DNA of 55,146 bases from an uncultured Atribacterota bacterium (GTDB taxonomy: Bacteria > Atribacterota > JALVIU01), in contig CAYWXH010000006.1 in the NCBI GenBank assembly GCA_964462295.1, positions 1 through 55,146 on the forward strand, given 5' to 3'. The position numbers were made by a program, and so were the translations under genes. Positions 41,607-51,604 of the stretch are shown here, piece by piece; position 1 is the first letter of the stretch; the number at the start of each line of letters is the position of its first letter. The notes under the pieces were generated by a model. It made no database searches and had not been told where the DNA came from. It was given only the letters and a program-made list of their open reading frames with translations.

Positions 41607-42382
41607 TTGGCCTTCCCAAATTTCTTTGCAATTATTAGATTTTTACCTAAATTTTTGATTCTTTCTATACATGTTTTATCAATTTCCCAATCTGTTATGA
41701 TTGTATCAATCTCATCCATTTGGGCAAATACATACTTATTGTGGTGTCCAAATTTTGAGCTATCCACAACTAAAATTCGATGTTGTGCACTTTTTATATA
41801 CGCCCTTTTTACATCCCCTTCTATGGGGTTACCACTTAAAAGTTCCATAGATTCACTTACACCACTTGCTGCTACAAATGCCTGTGTTGCACGGGTCTTT
41901 CTTATGGATTCCACTGTTTCAGGCCCTATAAGAGATCGTGTAATTTTCCGTATTACTCCTCCTGTAAGCATTCCCTCAACATGTTCTTTATTGGCAAGTT
42001 CTATCCCTATATATAAATCATTGGTTACTACTGTAACAGGAATATCTAAAAGTTTTGCAATTTGAAATGTAGTTGTGCCGGCATCTAAAAGCACGTACTC
42101 TCCCTTTTTTATAAGTCTTATTGCCTCTCTTGCTATTGCTATCTTTTTATCTACGTTTAATTTAGCCCTTTCTTCAAACAGCGATTCCCTATCTTTTTCT
42201 AAATTTACGCCAATAATTGCTCCTCTTAATTTCTTTACCTTGCCCTCTTTTTCCAAGGCCTTTATATCTCTGTGGATTGTCATAAGGGATACATCTAAAA
42301 GTTCTTCTAATTCCCTTATTTTTACAAGCTTCTTCTCCCTCAATAGATTAAGAATAAGTTCTTTTCTTTCTATAGGTAACAT
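41603..42382 (-). CDS. DeoR/GlpR family transcriptional regulator
   Basis: ERKELIL, VSLMTIHRDIKALE HTH, LDAGTTT, VTNDL, VDSSKFG. Confidence 0.93.
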   Translation of the reverse strand: MLPIERKELILNLLREKKLVKIRELEELLDVSLMTIHRDIKALEKEGKVKKLRGAIIGVNLEKDRESLFEERAKLNVDKKIAIAREAIRLIKKGEYVLLDAGTTTFQIAKLLDIPVTVVTNDLYIGIELANKEHVEGMLTGGVIRKITRSLIGPETVESIRKTRATQAFVAASGVSESMELLSGNPIEGDVKRAYIKSAQHRILVVDSSKFGHHNKYVFAQMDEIDTIITDWEIDKTCIERIKNLGKNLIIAKKFGKAK

Positions 42383-42409
42383 CTTTGCCCCCTTTTAATT
42401 TTTTAAACT

Positions 42410-42439
42410 ATATTAACACAAAAAATCATACGATGTCAA
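42410..42439 (-). promoter_or_regulatory. Putative sigma70 promoter of deoR-pfkB
   Basis: Minus strand TTGACA-N18-TAATAT with TGn extension. Confidence 0.6.
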
Positions 42440-42502
42440 GAGCTTTTGATAGAATTACTATATTAAATTCTAAAATGATAAAAAATATATTTAGAAACCT
42501 AG

Positions 42503-43462
42503 TTAAAACAGATGGCATGCTACCATATGGTTATTCCCTACATCTTTTAAAGGAGGCTCGACTTCTTTGCATATAGGTTTTGCATATGGACATCTTGTAT
42601 GAAACCTGCATCCAGAGGGAGGATTTATAGGACTTGGTAAATCTCCTTCTAATATTACTTCTTTCTTTTTCGCCTTTGGGTTAGGTATCGGGATGGCAGA
42701 TAACAAGGCTAATGTATAGGGATGTTTAGGATTTTCAAAGAGTTCTTTTTTTTCTGCAATTTCCACTATTTTTCCAAGATACATAACAGCTATTCTATTG
42801 CTTATATGTTTAACTACAGAAAGATCGTGAGATATAAAGAGGATGGTAAGTCCAAATTCTTTCTGTAAGTCTTTTAATAAATTAATAATTTGGGCCTGAA
42901 TAGATACATCAAGGGCAGATACAGGTTCATCCGCTACTATGAATTCTGGGTTTGTGGCAAGGGCGCGTGCAATTCCTATCCTTTGTCTTTGACCCCCTGA
43001 GAATTCATGTGGGTACCTGTTCCTGTAATCTGGTGAGAGTCCTACCTTTTCCATGAGTTCTATTACTTTTTCTTCTATCTCTTTTCTGGTCCCCAGTCTA
43101 TGTACCTCCATAGGTTCTGCTATAGCATTTTTTACTGTCATCCTTGGGTCTAAGGAGCCAAAAGGATCTTGATATATTATCATCATTTTTCTTCTATATC
43201 TCATCATTTCTCTTCTTGAGAGTTTTGTAATATCTTTGCCCTCGAAAAGGATAGAACCAGATGTAGGGTCAAGAATGCGTAAGATTACCTTTCCCGTTGT
43301 AGTCTTTCCACACCCTGATTCCCCGACGAGACTTAGTGTTTCTTTTTTGTTGATACTAAAACTTATCCCATCAATTGCCTTTACTATCTCTTTCTTTCCC
43401 AAGGTAGATTCACCTGTTGTAAACCATTTTTTTAGGTCTTTTACTTCTAAGATATTTTCCAT
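42503..43462 (-). CDS. dppF: Dipeptide/oligopeptide ABC transporter ATPase (DppF/OppF)
   Basis: GESGCGKTT, FSGGQRQR, DEPVSALDVSIQAQ, HPYT, PPSGCRFHTRC. Confidence 0.92.
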   Translation of the reverse strand: MENILEVKDLKKWFTTGESTLGKKEIVKAIDGISFSINKKETLSLVGESGCGKTTTGKVILRILDPTSGSILFEGKDITKLSRREMMRYRRKMMIIYQDPFGSLDPRMTVKNAIAEPMEVHRLGTRKEIEEKVIELMEKVGLSPDYRNRYPHEFSGGQRQRIGIARALATNPEFIVADEPVSALDVSIQAQIINLLKDLQKEFGLTILFISHDLSVVKHISNRIAVMYLGKIVEIAEKKELFENPKHPYTLALLSAIPIPNPKAKKKEVILEGDLPSPINPPSGCRFHTRCPYAKPICKEVEPPLKDVGNNHMVACHLF

Positions 43463-43465
43463 TGA

Positions 43466-44440
43466 TTATCCCCTCTCTTTATATAAGTGACACCTTACCC
43501 AGTGGTTTTCTTTTACTTTTATTAATTTTGGAAGTTCTTTTTCACATATAGGTTTCTTATATTTACATCTTGGATGAAAAGGACATCCAGATGGTAGATG
43601 TGCAAGATTGGGAACAGTCCCCTCAATTGTCTCTAAATACTCTGCCTCTGCATCAAGTCTTGGGATAGCCCTACTTAAGCCGGAGGTATAGGGATGAAGA
43701 GGATTTTCAAAAAGTTCTATTACATCTGCATATTCCATTATATGACCTGCATACATTACAATTACATTATCTGCAGTTTCGGCAACAACTCCTAAGTCAT
43801 GTGTTATAAGAATAAGTGCTGTATTAAATTTTTTGGTAAGGTCCTTCATGAGTCGTAGAATTTGAGCTTGGATCGTAACATCAAGCGCTGTTGTAGGTTC
43901 ATCAGCTATTAGGAGATCAGGGTTACACGATAATGCCATTGCAATCATGACTCTTTGTCTCATGCCCCCTGACATCTCATGGGGATAGTTATCTATTCTC
44001 TTTTCCGGGTCGGGGATACCCACAATTTTCAAAAGTTCAATGGCCTTTTCTCTTGCACTTTTTTTATCCATCCCCTGGTGAAGGATGAGTGCTTCCATTA
44101 TCTCATGGCCTACTGTAAATACAGGGTCTAATGAAGTCATAGGCTCTTGAAAGATCATAGAAATTCTTTTGCCACGAATTTTTATCATATCTTTTTCTTG
44201 TAAACCAAGGAGATTTGTCCCATCAAAGATTATCTCTCCTCCTACTATTTTTCCTGGGGGATTGGGGACTAATCTCATTATAGATAGGGCAGTTACTGAC
44301 TTTCCTGACCCAGATTCTCCTACTATAGAGAGGGTCTCTCCCTTTTTTATACTAAAGCTTACATCATCTACCGCCTTTACTATGCCTTCATGCGTAAAGA
44401 AGTAGGTTTTTAAGTTTTTTACATTTAGAAGTTCTCCCAT
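43466..44440 (-). CDS. dppD: Dipeptide/oligopeptide ABC transporter ATPase (DppD/OppD)
   Basis: [46 protein letters not shown]. Confidence 0.93.
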   Translation of the reverse strand: MGELLNVKNLKTYFFTHEGIVKAVDDVSFSIKKGETLSIVGESGSGKSVTALSIMRLVPNPPGKIVGGEIIFDGTNLLGLQEKDMIKIRGKRISMIFQEPMTSLDPVFTVGHEIMEALILHQGMDKKSAREKAIELLKIVGIPDPEKRIDNYPHEMSGGMRQRVMIAMALSCNPDLLIADEPTTALDVTIQAQILRLMKDLTKKFNTALILITHDLGVVAETADNVIVMYAGHIMEYADVIELFENPLHPYTSGLSRAIPRLDAEAEYLETIEGTVPNLAHLPSGCPFHPRCKYKKPICEKELPKLIKVKENHWVRCHLYKERG

Positions 44441-44441
44441 T

Positions 44442-45305
44442 TTAATCTTTCAACCTCGGATCAAGTATGTCTCTGAGTCCATCACCTAAAAGATTTAGAC
44501 CCATTACAGAGAGTAAAATAGCAATCCCTGGAAATGTAGCAGCCCACCATGCCCCGCTTACTATGTATGAATAGCTTCGAGAAAGCATGGCCCCCCATTC
44601 TGGTGTGGGAGGTTGTGCACCTAATCCTAAAAATCCCAAAGCCGCACAGTCAAGTATTGCAGTTGCAAGCATAAGGGTTCCGTATACTATTACAGGGGCA
44701 ATGCTATTTGGTAATACATGCCTAAGTATTACCCTTAAGTGGCTGGAACCGATTGCCCTTTGGATTTCTATATATTCCATTTCTTTTATGTAAAGTACAG
44801 AACTTCTTATAATCCTTGCCATTTGGGGGGTGTACACTATACCAATTGCAACCATTGCCTTAAATAGTCCTTGTCCTATTACTGTAACTATTACTATGGC
44901 TAAAAGGAGTGCAGGGAATGCAAACATTATATCTACAAACCTCATAATTAAGGTATCTATCCAACCCCCAAAATATCCGGCAATTACACCAAAGGTGATG
45001 CCAAGCAACATAGCTATTCCAACGGCTATAAATCCTGATGCCAAACTTACTCGTGCACCATATAAAATTCTACTATATATACATCTACCAAGGCCGTCTG
45101 TGCCAAGTGGCATACCTGGTACCCCTTTATCACTCCAAAATCCAGGTTTTAATTTTATAGAGAGATTTGGAGGTGATGGAGTGGGGTTATTAGGTGCGAT
45201 TTTATCTGCAAAGATTGCACTCAAAACAAGTATAAGTACTATAACAAGACCTACTACTGCAGACTTATTTTTTAAAAATCTCTTTATAAGATAGTTTCCG
45301 TTCAT
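44442..45305 (-). CDS. dppC: Dipeptide/oligopeptide ABC transporter permease (DppC)
   Basis: [48 protein letters not shown]. Confidence 0.93.
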   Translation of the reverse strand: MNGNYLIKRFLKNKSAVVGLVIVLILVLSAIFADKIAPNNPTPSPPNLSIKLKPGFWSDKGVPGMPLGTDGLGRCIYSRILYGARVSLASGFIAVGIAMLLGITFGVIAGYFGGWIDTLIMRFVDIMFAFPALLLAIVIVTVIGQGLFKAMVAIGIVYTPQMARIIRSSVLYIKEMEYIEIQRAIGSSHLRVILRHVLPNSIAPVIVYGTLMLATAILDCAALGFLGLGAQPPTPEWGAMLSRSYSYIVSGAWWAATFPGIAILLSVMGLNLLGDGLRDILDPRLKD

Positions 45306-45311
45306 TTTCCT

Positions 45312-46316
45312 CTACCTATACCTTATTCTTGGATCTATATAGATATATAAAATGTCTGTAAGAAGATTTACAATCACAAATAAAAATGCAAAAAATAGTA
45401 CACACCCTTGAACAGCGGGGTAATCTCTCATTTTTACCGCATTTATTATGTACCTTCCGATACCAGGCCATGAAAATACCGTTTCTGTAAGGATGGCGCC
45501 TGCGAGCAAAAGGCCGAAATTAAGCCCTATTACTGTAACGACAGGAATGAGGGCATTCCTTACAGCATGCTTATAGATTACCAATCTTTCGGGAAGTCCT
45601 TTTGCCCGTTCTGTCCTTATAAAATCTTGCCTTAAGACTTCAAGCATTGAAGAGCGTGTAACCCTTGCAATTGTAGCCATTGGAATTGTCCCTAAGGCAA
45701 CAGAGGGAAGAATGAGGTGGCGAAGAGTGCTAAGAAGGGCCTCCATATTTCCTGTTATAATACTATCTATTATATAAAACCCTGTAATTCTTTTTATGGA
45801 GACCATCATGGATATTCTTCCACCAATAGGGAGCCATCTAAGATATACACCAAATATCATCATAAGCATAATGCCAAGCCAGAATATAGGCATAGAAACC
45901 CCAAATATGGCTATACCCATAACAGTATAGTCCAAAAGAGAATATTGTTTGGATGCTGATATTATACCTGCAAAAACTCCTACCGCTACAGCAAATAACA
46001 TAGCAACAAGTGTAAGCTCGAAGGTATTTGGGAATCTATCAAAAATTTCTTTTGTAACAGATTCGTGAGATACTATGGATTTACCAAGATCCCCCTTTAG
46101 TGCATCCTTTAACCAGATAAAGTATTGAACATATAATGGCTTATCAAGTCCATACTTTTCCCTTATTTTTTGGATTGTCTCCTCTGATGCATGTTCTCCT
46201 GCAATAGTGCGAGCAGGATCTCCTGGGGTGAGATGAATAAGGGAAAAAACTATAATTGAAGTACCAAGAAGTACCGGTATAAGCATTAATAGTCGTTTTG
46301 TAATATACCACTTCAT
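45312..46316 (-). CDS. dppB: Dipeptide/oligopeptide ABC transporter permease (DppB)
   Basis: PGDPA, YGLDKP, RSSMLEVL..DFIRT.RAKGL, TETVFSWPGIG, DPRIR. Confidence 0.93.
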   Translation of the reverse strand: MKWYITKRLLMLIPVLLGTSIIVFSLIHLTPGDPARTIAGEHASEETIQKIREKYGLDKPLYVQYFIWLKDALKGDLGKSIVSHESVTKEIFDRFPNTFELTLVAMLFAVAVGVFAGIISASKQYSLLDYTVMGIAIFGVSMPIFWLGIMLMMIFGVYLRWLPIGGRISMMVSIKRITGFYIIDSIITGNMEALLSTLRHLILPSVALGTIPMATIARVTRSSMLEVLRQDFIRTERAKGLPERLVIYKHAVRNALIPVVTVIGLNFGLLLAGAILTETVFSWPGIGRYIINAVKMRDYPAVQGCVLFFAFLFVIVNLLTDILYIYIDPRIRYR

Positions 46317-46341
46317 TTTTGTATATACCCCTTTTCTTTCA

Positions 46342-46376
46342 AAAAGAAAGGGGTACCTAAGGTACCCCTTTCTTTT
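46342..46376 (-). terminator. Hairpin/attenuating terminator after dppA
   Basis: AAAAGAAAGGGGTACC-taa-GGTACCCCTTTCTTTT inverted repeat between the SBP and permease genes. Confidence 0.75.
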
Positions 46377-46386
46377 ACTGGTATTT

Positions 46387-48027
46387 TTACTTTATATCAA
46401 CAGGGTAAAAGAACTTTCTACTTGTAGGCGAAAGTACAAACCCTTCTACATTCTTTCTAAATACTATATTTTGATTTGCATGTGCAATGTATACCCATGG
46501 TGCATCTTCATGTATCATTACTTGTGCCTCTTTGTAATATTTAGCCCTTTCATCTGGATTATAGGTTTCAAGTGCTTTATCGAAGAGTTCTTGTACTTCC
46601 CATCTACGATAGAATGCAATATTCCCTGCAGAACCTATAGATGCAGAGTTTGGCCCATAAAGTACATTCATAAAGTTATCAGGGTCTCCGTTATCTCCTG
46701 TCCATCCTAAAAGTGCCATCTGGTGTTTTCCTGCTTCTGTTTCGTCAAGATAGGTGCCCCAGTCAATCTGATAAAGTTTTACCTTTATACCTACAGCACC
46801 AAGATATCCCTGGATTGCCTCTGCGATTTTTGGAGGATCAAACATGTATGGACGAGATACAGGCATTACATAGAGTGTTACCTCAAAACCATTTGGATAG
46901 CCTGCCTCTGCAAGGAGCTTCTTTGCCTTTTCAGGGTTGTATTCGTAATCTTTTATAGCATCATTGTAACCTAACATAAATGGGGGCATACCATTTTTAG
47001 CAACAATTGCTGTACCCATATATATGTTCTTTACTATGGATTTTTTGTCTATTGCATAGTTTATTGCCTGTCTTACCTTTTTCTTTGTAAGGGGTTCGTA
47101 GTATCCAGGGGTCTTCACCCATGGTTCGTCTTCATCTTTTCTTCCGTTTTTATTTTTATCCACATAGCCATAACCTGTATTCATTGCCATATAGCCTACA
47201 TTCATTCCTGGCTGTGTTAGAAGTTTTAAGTTTGGATTCTTTTTTATTCTTTCGAAATCTGCAGGGTTTGGATATTCTATTCCCTGAACCTGTCCAGTTT
47301 CGAGTGCCATGAGTCTTGCAGATGGATCAGGAATGACTTTAAATATAAGTTTATCTAATTTAGGTCTGCCTCTCCAATAATTATCATTTGCAACTAATGT
47401 AATATGATCATCTTTTACCCACTCTACAAACTTAAATGGCCCTGTACCTACGGGATGCTTAAAGGCATCTTCTTTATATTTTTTAGCATTTGTAGGACTT
47501 ACTATAGCTACTGTAAACATAGCCATACTTGTCATAATAGATGCATTTCTTCTCTTTAATACAACTTTTACAGTATAGTCATCAATTTTTTGAACCTCTT
47601 TGATATCACTGAACATATAACCCCAGTATGCCCATTCCCCATACTTGTGAAACGGATGATTGGGATCATACTGTCTTGCAAGAGAAAATACTACAGCATC
47701 TGCATTAAAGTCTGTACCATCGTGAAATTTTACACCCTTTCTAAGGTGGAAAACAATCTCTTTCCCATCAGAAGAGACTTCCCAAGAGGTAGCAAGACAT
47801 GGCTGGATTTCTGTGGTACCAGGCTTGTACTCTACAAGGCTTTCAAAGATATTATCCATTCTTTGGATAGATTCTCCATCTGTTACATCCCCTGGATCAA
47901 GCCTTACAGCATCGCCACTACTTCCAAATACAAGTACTTTTTGTCTTGCAAATGCATTACCAAAACTAAACAAAAATAAAACCATTGAAAAAACTAAGAT
48001 AGAAATTAGTAAGGTTTTAGTTTTCAT
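46387..48027 (-). CDS. dppA: Family 5 ABC substrate-binding protein (DppA)
   Basis: Signal peptide ending AFA; LATSWEVS.DG, LRKGVKFHDG, PVGTGPFKF, GWTGDNGDPDNF. Confidence 0.93.
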   Translation of the reverse strand: MKTKTLLISILVFSMVLFLFSFGNAFARQKVLVFGSSGDAVRLDPGDVTDGESIQRMDNIFESLVEYKPGTTEIQPCLATSWEVSSDGKEIVFHLRKGVKFHDGTDFNADAVVFSLARQYDPNHPFHKYGEWAYWGYMFSDIKEVQKIDDYTVKVVLKRRNASIMTSMAMFTVAIVSPTNAKKYKEDAFKHPVGTGPFKFVEWVKDDHITLVANDNYWRGRPKLDKLIFKVIPDPSARLMALETGQVQGIEYPNPADFERIKKNPNLKLLTQPGMNVGYMAMNTGYGYVDKNKNGRKDEDEPWVKTPGYYEPLTKKKVRQAINYAIDKKSIVKNIYMGTAIVAKNGMPPFMLGYNDAIKDYEYNPEKAKKLLAEAGYPNGFEVTLYVMPVSRPYMFDPPKIAEAIQGYLGAVGIKVKLYQIDWGTYLDETEAGKHQMALLGWTGDNGDPDNFMNVLYGPNSASIGSAGNIAFYRRWEVQELFDKALETYNPDERAKYYKEAQVMIHEDAPWVYIAHANQNIVFRKNVEGFVLSPTSRKFFYPVDIK

Positions 48028-48059
48028 AAATACCCTCCCTTTGTAAAATATTTGTCATT

Positions 48060-48089
48060 ATTATAGTCCTATTTTTGTACATTTGTCAA
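48060..48089 (-). promoter_or_regulatory. Sigma70 promoter of the dpp operon
   Basis: Minus strand TTGACA-N18-TATAAT. Confidence 0.75.
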
Positions 48090-48107
48090 ATTGAACTTAA
48101 GAAATCA

Positions 48108-48116
48108 TGTTATAAT
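48108..48116 (+). promoter_or_regulatory. Extended -10 element for the patatin gene
   Basis: TGTTATAAT about 30 nt before ATG 48148. Confidence 0.5.
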
Positions 48117-48147
48117 TTTAATAAAAAAATATGAAAGGGGAAAATCT

Positions 48148-49140
48148 ATGGGAGAGTTAAGTATTACCAAAGAGGATTTTTTTGATAAGATTTCAAAGTT
48201 TAAAAAAGCTGGTAAAAAAATCGGACTTGCCCTTGGTAGTGGAGGGGCCAGAGGTATAGCTCATATAGGGGTTTTAGAAGTTCTTGAAGAATATGGAATC
48301 CCCATAGATGCCATAGCGGGAACAAGTATTGGTGCAGTAGTAGGGGCTCTCTATGCAGTAGGTATTCCTTTGAAGCAATTAAAGGATTTTTCTCTTTCTC
48401 TTAATCGAAAAAAAACCATGGCCCTTTTTGACCCTACTTTAAATTTTAGTGGTATGTTTTCTGGAAAAAGGATTATTACACTTTTAAAGGAACTTGGCCT
48501 TGAGGGAGTTACCTTTTCTGATCTTAAGATTCCTTTCTCTGCTGTAGCTACAGATATGTATAGTGGGAAAAAAGTAATAATAAATAGAGGTTCTGTGGTT
48601 ATGGCAGTAAGGGCAAGTTCTTCTATCCCCATGGTTTTTGCCCCTGTTATATATAAAAATTATTATCTTGTAGATGGTGGAGTAATAGACCCTGTTCCGG
48701 TAGATGTTGTAAAAAATATGGGCGCAGATATAGTAATTGCAGTGAGACTCTCTGACTATATGGATGATAAAATTGTAGAAATTGAAATTGAGGAAATAGA
48801 AGAAGAGAGAGAAAGTTTATTGGAAAAGATTAAAAGAATAGAGAGATTAAGAGAGGGTAAAATAGACCTTAGAATTCCTATTAACCGTAGGAAGGATAAG
48901 CCTATGAGATTTACAGATATTGTAGCTATTTCATCTGATATAATGGGACGTATTGTTGAAGAGAAATGTATAGAGGATGCGGATGTAATTATTTCTCCAT
49001 ATAAAAATGATTTACATGATAAAAGAATAAAAACTTTTGAGTTTTTTAGGGCAAAAGAGGCTGTTCAGAAGGGAAAAAATGCAACACTAGATAAACTAAA
49101 AGTTTTTTATGAAAAGATAAATAAAATTTTATTCGTATAG
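48148..49140 (+). CDS. Patatin-like phospholipase (RssA/NTE family)
   Basis: GSGGARG oxyanion motif, GTSIG catalytic Ser, VDGG catalytic Asp. Start at ATG 48148 (AAGGGG SD). Confidence 0.92.
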   Translation: MGELSITKEDFFDKISKFKKAGKKIGLALGSGGARGIAHIGVLEVLEEYGIPIDAIAGTSIGAVVGALYAVGIPLKQLKDFSLSLNRKKTMALFDPTLNFSGMFSGKRIITLLKELGLEGVTFSDLKIPFSAVATDMYSGKKVIINRGSVVMAVRASSSIPMVFAPVIYKNYYLVDGGVIDPVPVDVVKNMGADIVIAVRLSDYMDDKIVEIEIEEIEEERESLLEKIKRIERLREGKIDLRIPINRRKDKPMRFTDIVAISSDIMGRIVEEKCIEDADVIISPYKNDLHDKRIKTFEFFRAKEAVQKGKNATLDKLKVFYEKINKILFV

Positions 49141-49152
49141 AGAGAAAAAACT

Positions 49153-49181
49153 TTGACACCTGAATGAAAATGTTATATAAT
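49153..49181 (+). promoter_or_regulatory. Consensus sigma70 promoter of the codA-BMP ABC operon
   Basis: TTGACA-N17-TATAAT, followed by inverted repeat TTATAGAA-N15-TTCTATAA (49183-49213). Confidence 0.85.
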
Positions 49182-49227
49182 ATTATAGAACTGATAATTA
49201 TAATATTCTATAAAAAGGAGGATTATT

Positions 49228-50493
49228 ATGGATTTACTTATAAAAAATGCAAAACTCTATAATAGGAGTGAACTTGTTGATATTGCTTGTGATAAGGGCA
49301 AGATTATAGAGGTAGCCCCTGGGATAAAAGGAGATTTTGTCAAAGTTATAGATGCCAATGGACGTTTTGTCTCCCCCTCTTTTATCGATCCTCATATCCA
49401 TCTTGATAAGGTTTTAGTAGTTGATACAGTAAGGCCTAATGTCTCTGGTACTTTACAAGAGGCTATAGAGATTCTTTGGGAAAAGAAAAGAAATTATACT
49501 ATAGAAGATATAGTGGAGAGGGCAGGTAAGGTTATAGAGTGGGAAATTGCAAATGGGGTGACCCATATTAGAACGCATGTAGATGTAGATACCATAGGAG
49601 GGTTAAAGCCTTTAGAGGGGCTACTTGCGACTCGTGAAAAATACAAAGACTTGGTAGACCTTCAGATTGTGGCATTTCCTCAAGAAGGAATAGTGCAGGA
49701 TCCAGGTACAGAGAAATTACTCTATGAGGCAATGGAGATGGGTGCGGATGTAGTAGGTGGTATGCCTCACAATGAGATGACAGAGGATGATTCTAAAAGA
49801 CATATAGAAATCCTTTTTGAAATTGCTAAAAAATTTGATGCACCTATTGATTCTCATACAGACGAAAATGATGACCCATATTCTCGTACATTAGAGTATC
49901 TTGCTGCAAAGACTATAAAGGAAGGATATGAGGGTAGAGTTACAGCAGACCATACCTGCGCACTTTCATCTTACAATGATGTACATGCAGCAAAGGTTAT
50001 TTCTCTTGTAAAGAAGGCAGATATTACAATGGAATCCAACCCTGTTACAAATATCGTGCTTGAAGGTCGTTTTGATACATACCCAAAAAGACGTGGGCTT
50101 ACAAGGATAAAGGAACTTTTAGAGGCAGGTGTGAATGTAACATTTGGACAGGACTGTATTAAAGATACTTTCTATCCATTTGGTAAGGGTGATATATTAG
50201 AAGTTGCAAATATTTTTGCTCATGTAGCACAACTTACTCTGCCTCAAGAAATAGATGCGATATACCATATGATGACAGAAGGTGCAGCAAAACAGTTGGG
50301 GATTTTGGACAGATACGGTATAGAAAAGGGAAAAGATGCAAATATTGTCATTCTTGATGCCCCTTCTTTTTACGAGGCATTAAGGGTAGGGGCAGGAAGA
50401 ATAACTATAAGGAAGGGAAAGGTAGTTGCTGAAAATATATATAAAAAGGTTTTAAAAATAGGAAATGAAGAGAAAGAACTTAGCCATTTTTAG
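49228..50493 (+). CDS. codA: Cytosine deaminase-like amidohydrolase
   Basis: PHIHLDK, RTHVD, VAFPQEG, HTDENDD, NPVTN, RRGLTRIKEL, GQDC. Confidence 0.85.
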   Translation: MDLLIKNAKLYNRSELVDIACDKGKIIEVAPGIKGDFVKVIDANGRFVSPSFIDPHIHLDKVLVVDTVRPNVSGTLQEAIEILWEKKRNYTIEDIVERAGKVIEWEIANGVTHIRTHVDVDTIGGLKPLEGLLATREKYKDLVDLQIVAFPQEGIVQDPGTEKLLYEAMEMGADVVGGMPHNEMTEDDSKRHIEILFEIAKKFDAPIDSHTDENDDPYSRTLEYLAAKTIKEGYEGRVTADHTCALSSYNDVHAAKVISLVKKADITMESNPVTNIVLEGRFDTYPKRRGLTRIKELLEAGVNVTFGQDCIKDTFYPFGKGDILEVANIFAHVAQLTLPQEIDAIYHMMTEGAAKQLGILDRYGIEKGKDANIVILDAPSFYEALRVGAGRITIRKGKVVAENIYKKVLKIGNEEKELSHF

Positions 50494-50543
50494 AGATTTA
50501 AAGGGTAGATCCCTTAAAAACAAAAAAGAAAGGAGGTTTTAGT

Positions 50544-51533
50544 ATGAAGAAGTTATTTGTAGGCTTATTATTGGTTTCTATGCTTCTTTCATTATTTATT
50601 TTCTCTGGCATTTCTTATGCAAAAAGCCCGAAAGATTTGAAAGTCGCAGCAATCTTTAACACAGCTATCGAAGAACCGTGGGATGGTTGTATTCACCAGG
50701 CCCTTGTAAAGGCACAGAAGGAGTTTGGTTTTAAGTATGAGTATACTGAAAAAGTGCCTTCTTCTGACTATGAACATGTTATGAGGGAATATGCATCTCG
50801 TGGGTTTGATGCACTATTCTTAGATGTATTTACTGTAGAGGAAGCTGCAAGAATGGTGGCTATGGATTATCCTGAAGTAGCATTTATTGCAGGTTCTGGT
50901 CTTGGCCCAATGGAGCCAAATTTTGCAGTATTTGATGACTGGATTCATGAACCTGCATACCTTGCAGGTATGATAGCAGGAAAGATTACAAAAACAAATG
51001 TATTAGGTGTAGTTGGTGGTTATCCAATTCCTGAGGTTAACAGATTAATAAATGCATTTATTGCAGGTGCTAAAGAAGTAAATCCAAAAGTAAAGGTAAA
51101 AGTTACATTTATAGGAAGTTGGTTTGATCCTCCAAAGGCAAAAGAAGCAGCACTTGCTCAGATTGATGCAGGGGCAGATGTACTTTATGCAGAAAGATAT
51201 GGAGTAATTGAGGCATGTAAGGAAAAAGGCGTATATGCAATAGGTAATTTGACTGATCAGTCAGAACTTGGACCAAAGACTGTTATAGCAAGCCCTGTGT
51301 GGGATATGTATCCACTTGTAAAGTATGTAATAAATGAAGTAGCAAACGGTACATTTAAAGCTATGGATCTGCGTGAATGGACAATGATGGCAAAAGGTGG
51401 TGCAAAGTTAGTTTTGAATCCAAAATTCCCATTACCTGATGATATAAAGAAAATGGTAGAGGAAAGGACAAAGAAGATATTGATGGGTACATTTAGAGTT
51501 CCTGTTGACGAAAATACACCAAAATCTGACTAA
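50544..51533 (+). CDS. BMP family (nucleoside/nucleobase) ABC substrate-binding protein
   Basis: HEPAYLAGMIAG.ITKTN.LG.VGG.PIPEV.RLINAF, WFDPPKAKEAA, GADV. Confidence 0.9.
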   Translation: MKKLFVGLLLVSMLLSLFIFSGISYAKSPKDLKVAAIFNTAIEEPWDGCIHQALVKAQKEFGFKYEYTEKVPSSDYEHVMREYASRGFDALFLDVFTVEEAARMVAMDYPEVAFIAGSGLGPMEPNFAVFDDWIHEPAYLAGMIAGKITKTNVLGVVGGYPIPEVNRLINAFIAGAKEVNPKVKVKVTFIGSWFDPPKAKEAALAQIDAGADVLYAERYGVIEACKEKGVYAIGNLTDQSELGPKTVIASPVWDMYPLVKYVINEVANGTFKAMDLREWTMMAKGGAKLVLNPKFPLPDDIKKMVEERTKKILMGTFRVPVDENTPKSD

Positions 51534-51553
51534 TAGTATTATTTATAAACAAT

Positions 51554-51585
51554 AAAGAGGGGAAGATCAGATCTTCCCCTCTTTT
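51554..51585 (+). terminator. Hairpin/attenuating terminator after the BMP gene
   Basis: AAAGAGGGGAAGATC-a-GATCTTCCCCTCTTT followed by T. Confidence 0.75.
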
Positions 51586-51604
51586 GTTATAGGAGGAAAT
51601 AAAA

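Noticed and set aside
42407-42466. Direct repeat ACTATATTAA twice, 50 bp apart, upstream of deoR
   Set aside because: Could be DeoR sites, but it is short and very AT-rich in an AT-rich gap, so not distinguishable from chance.
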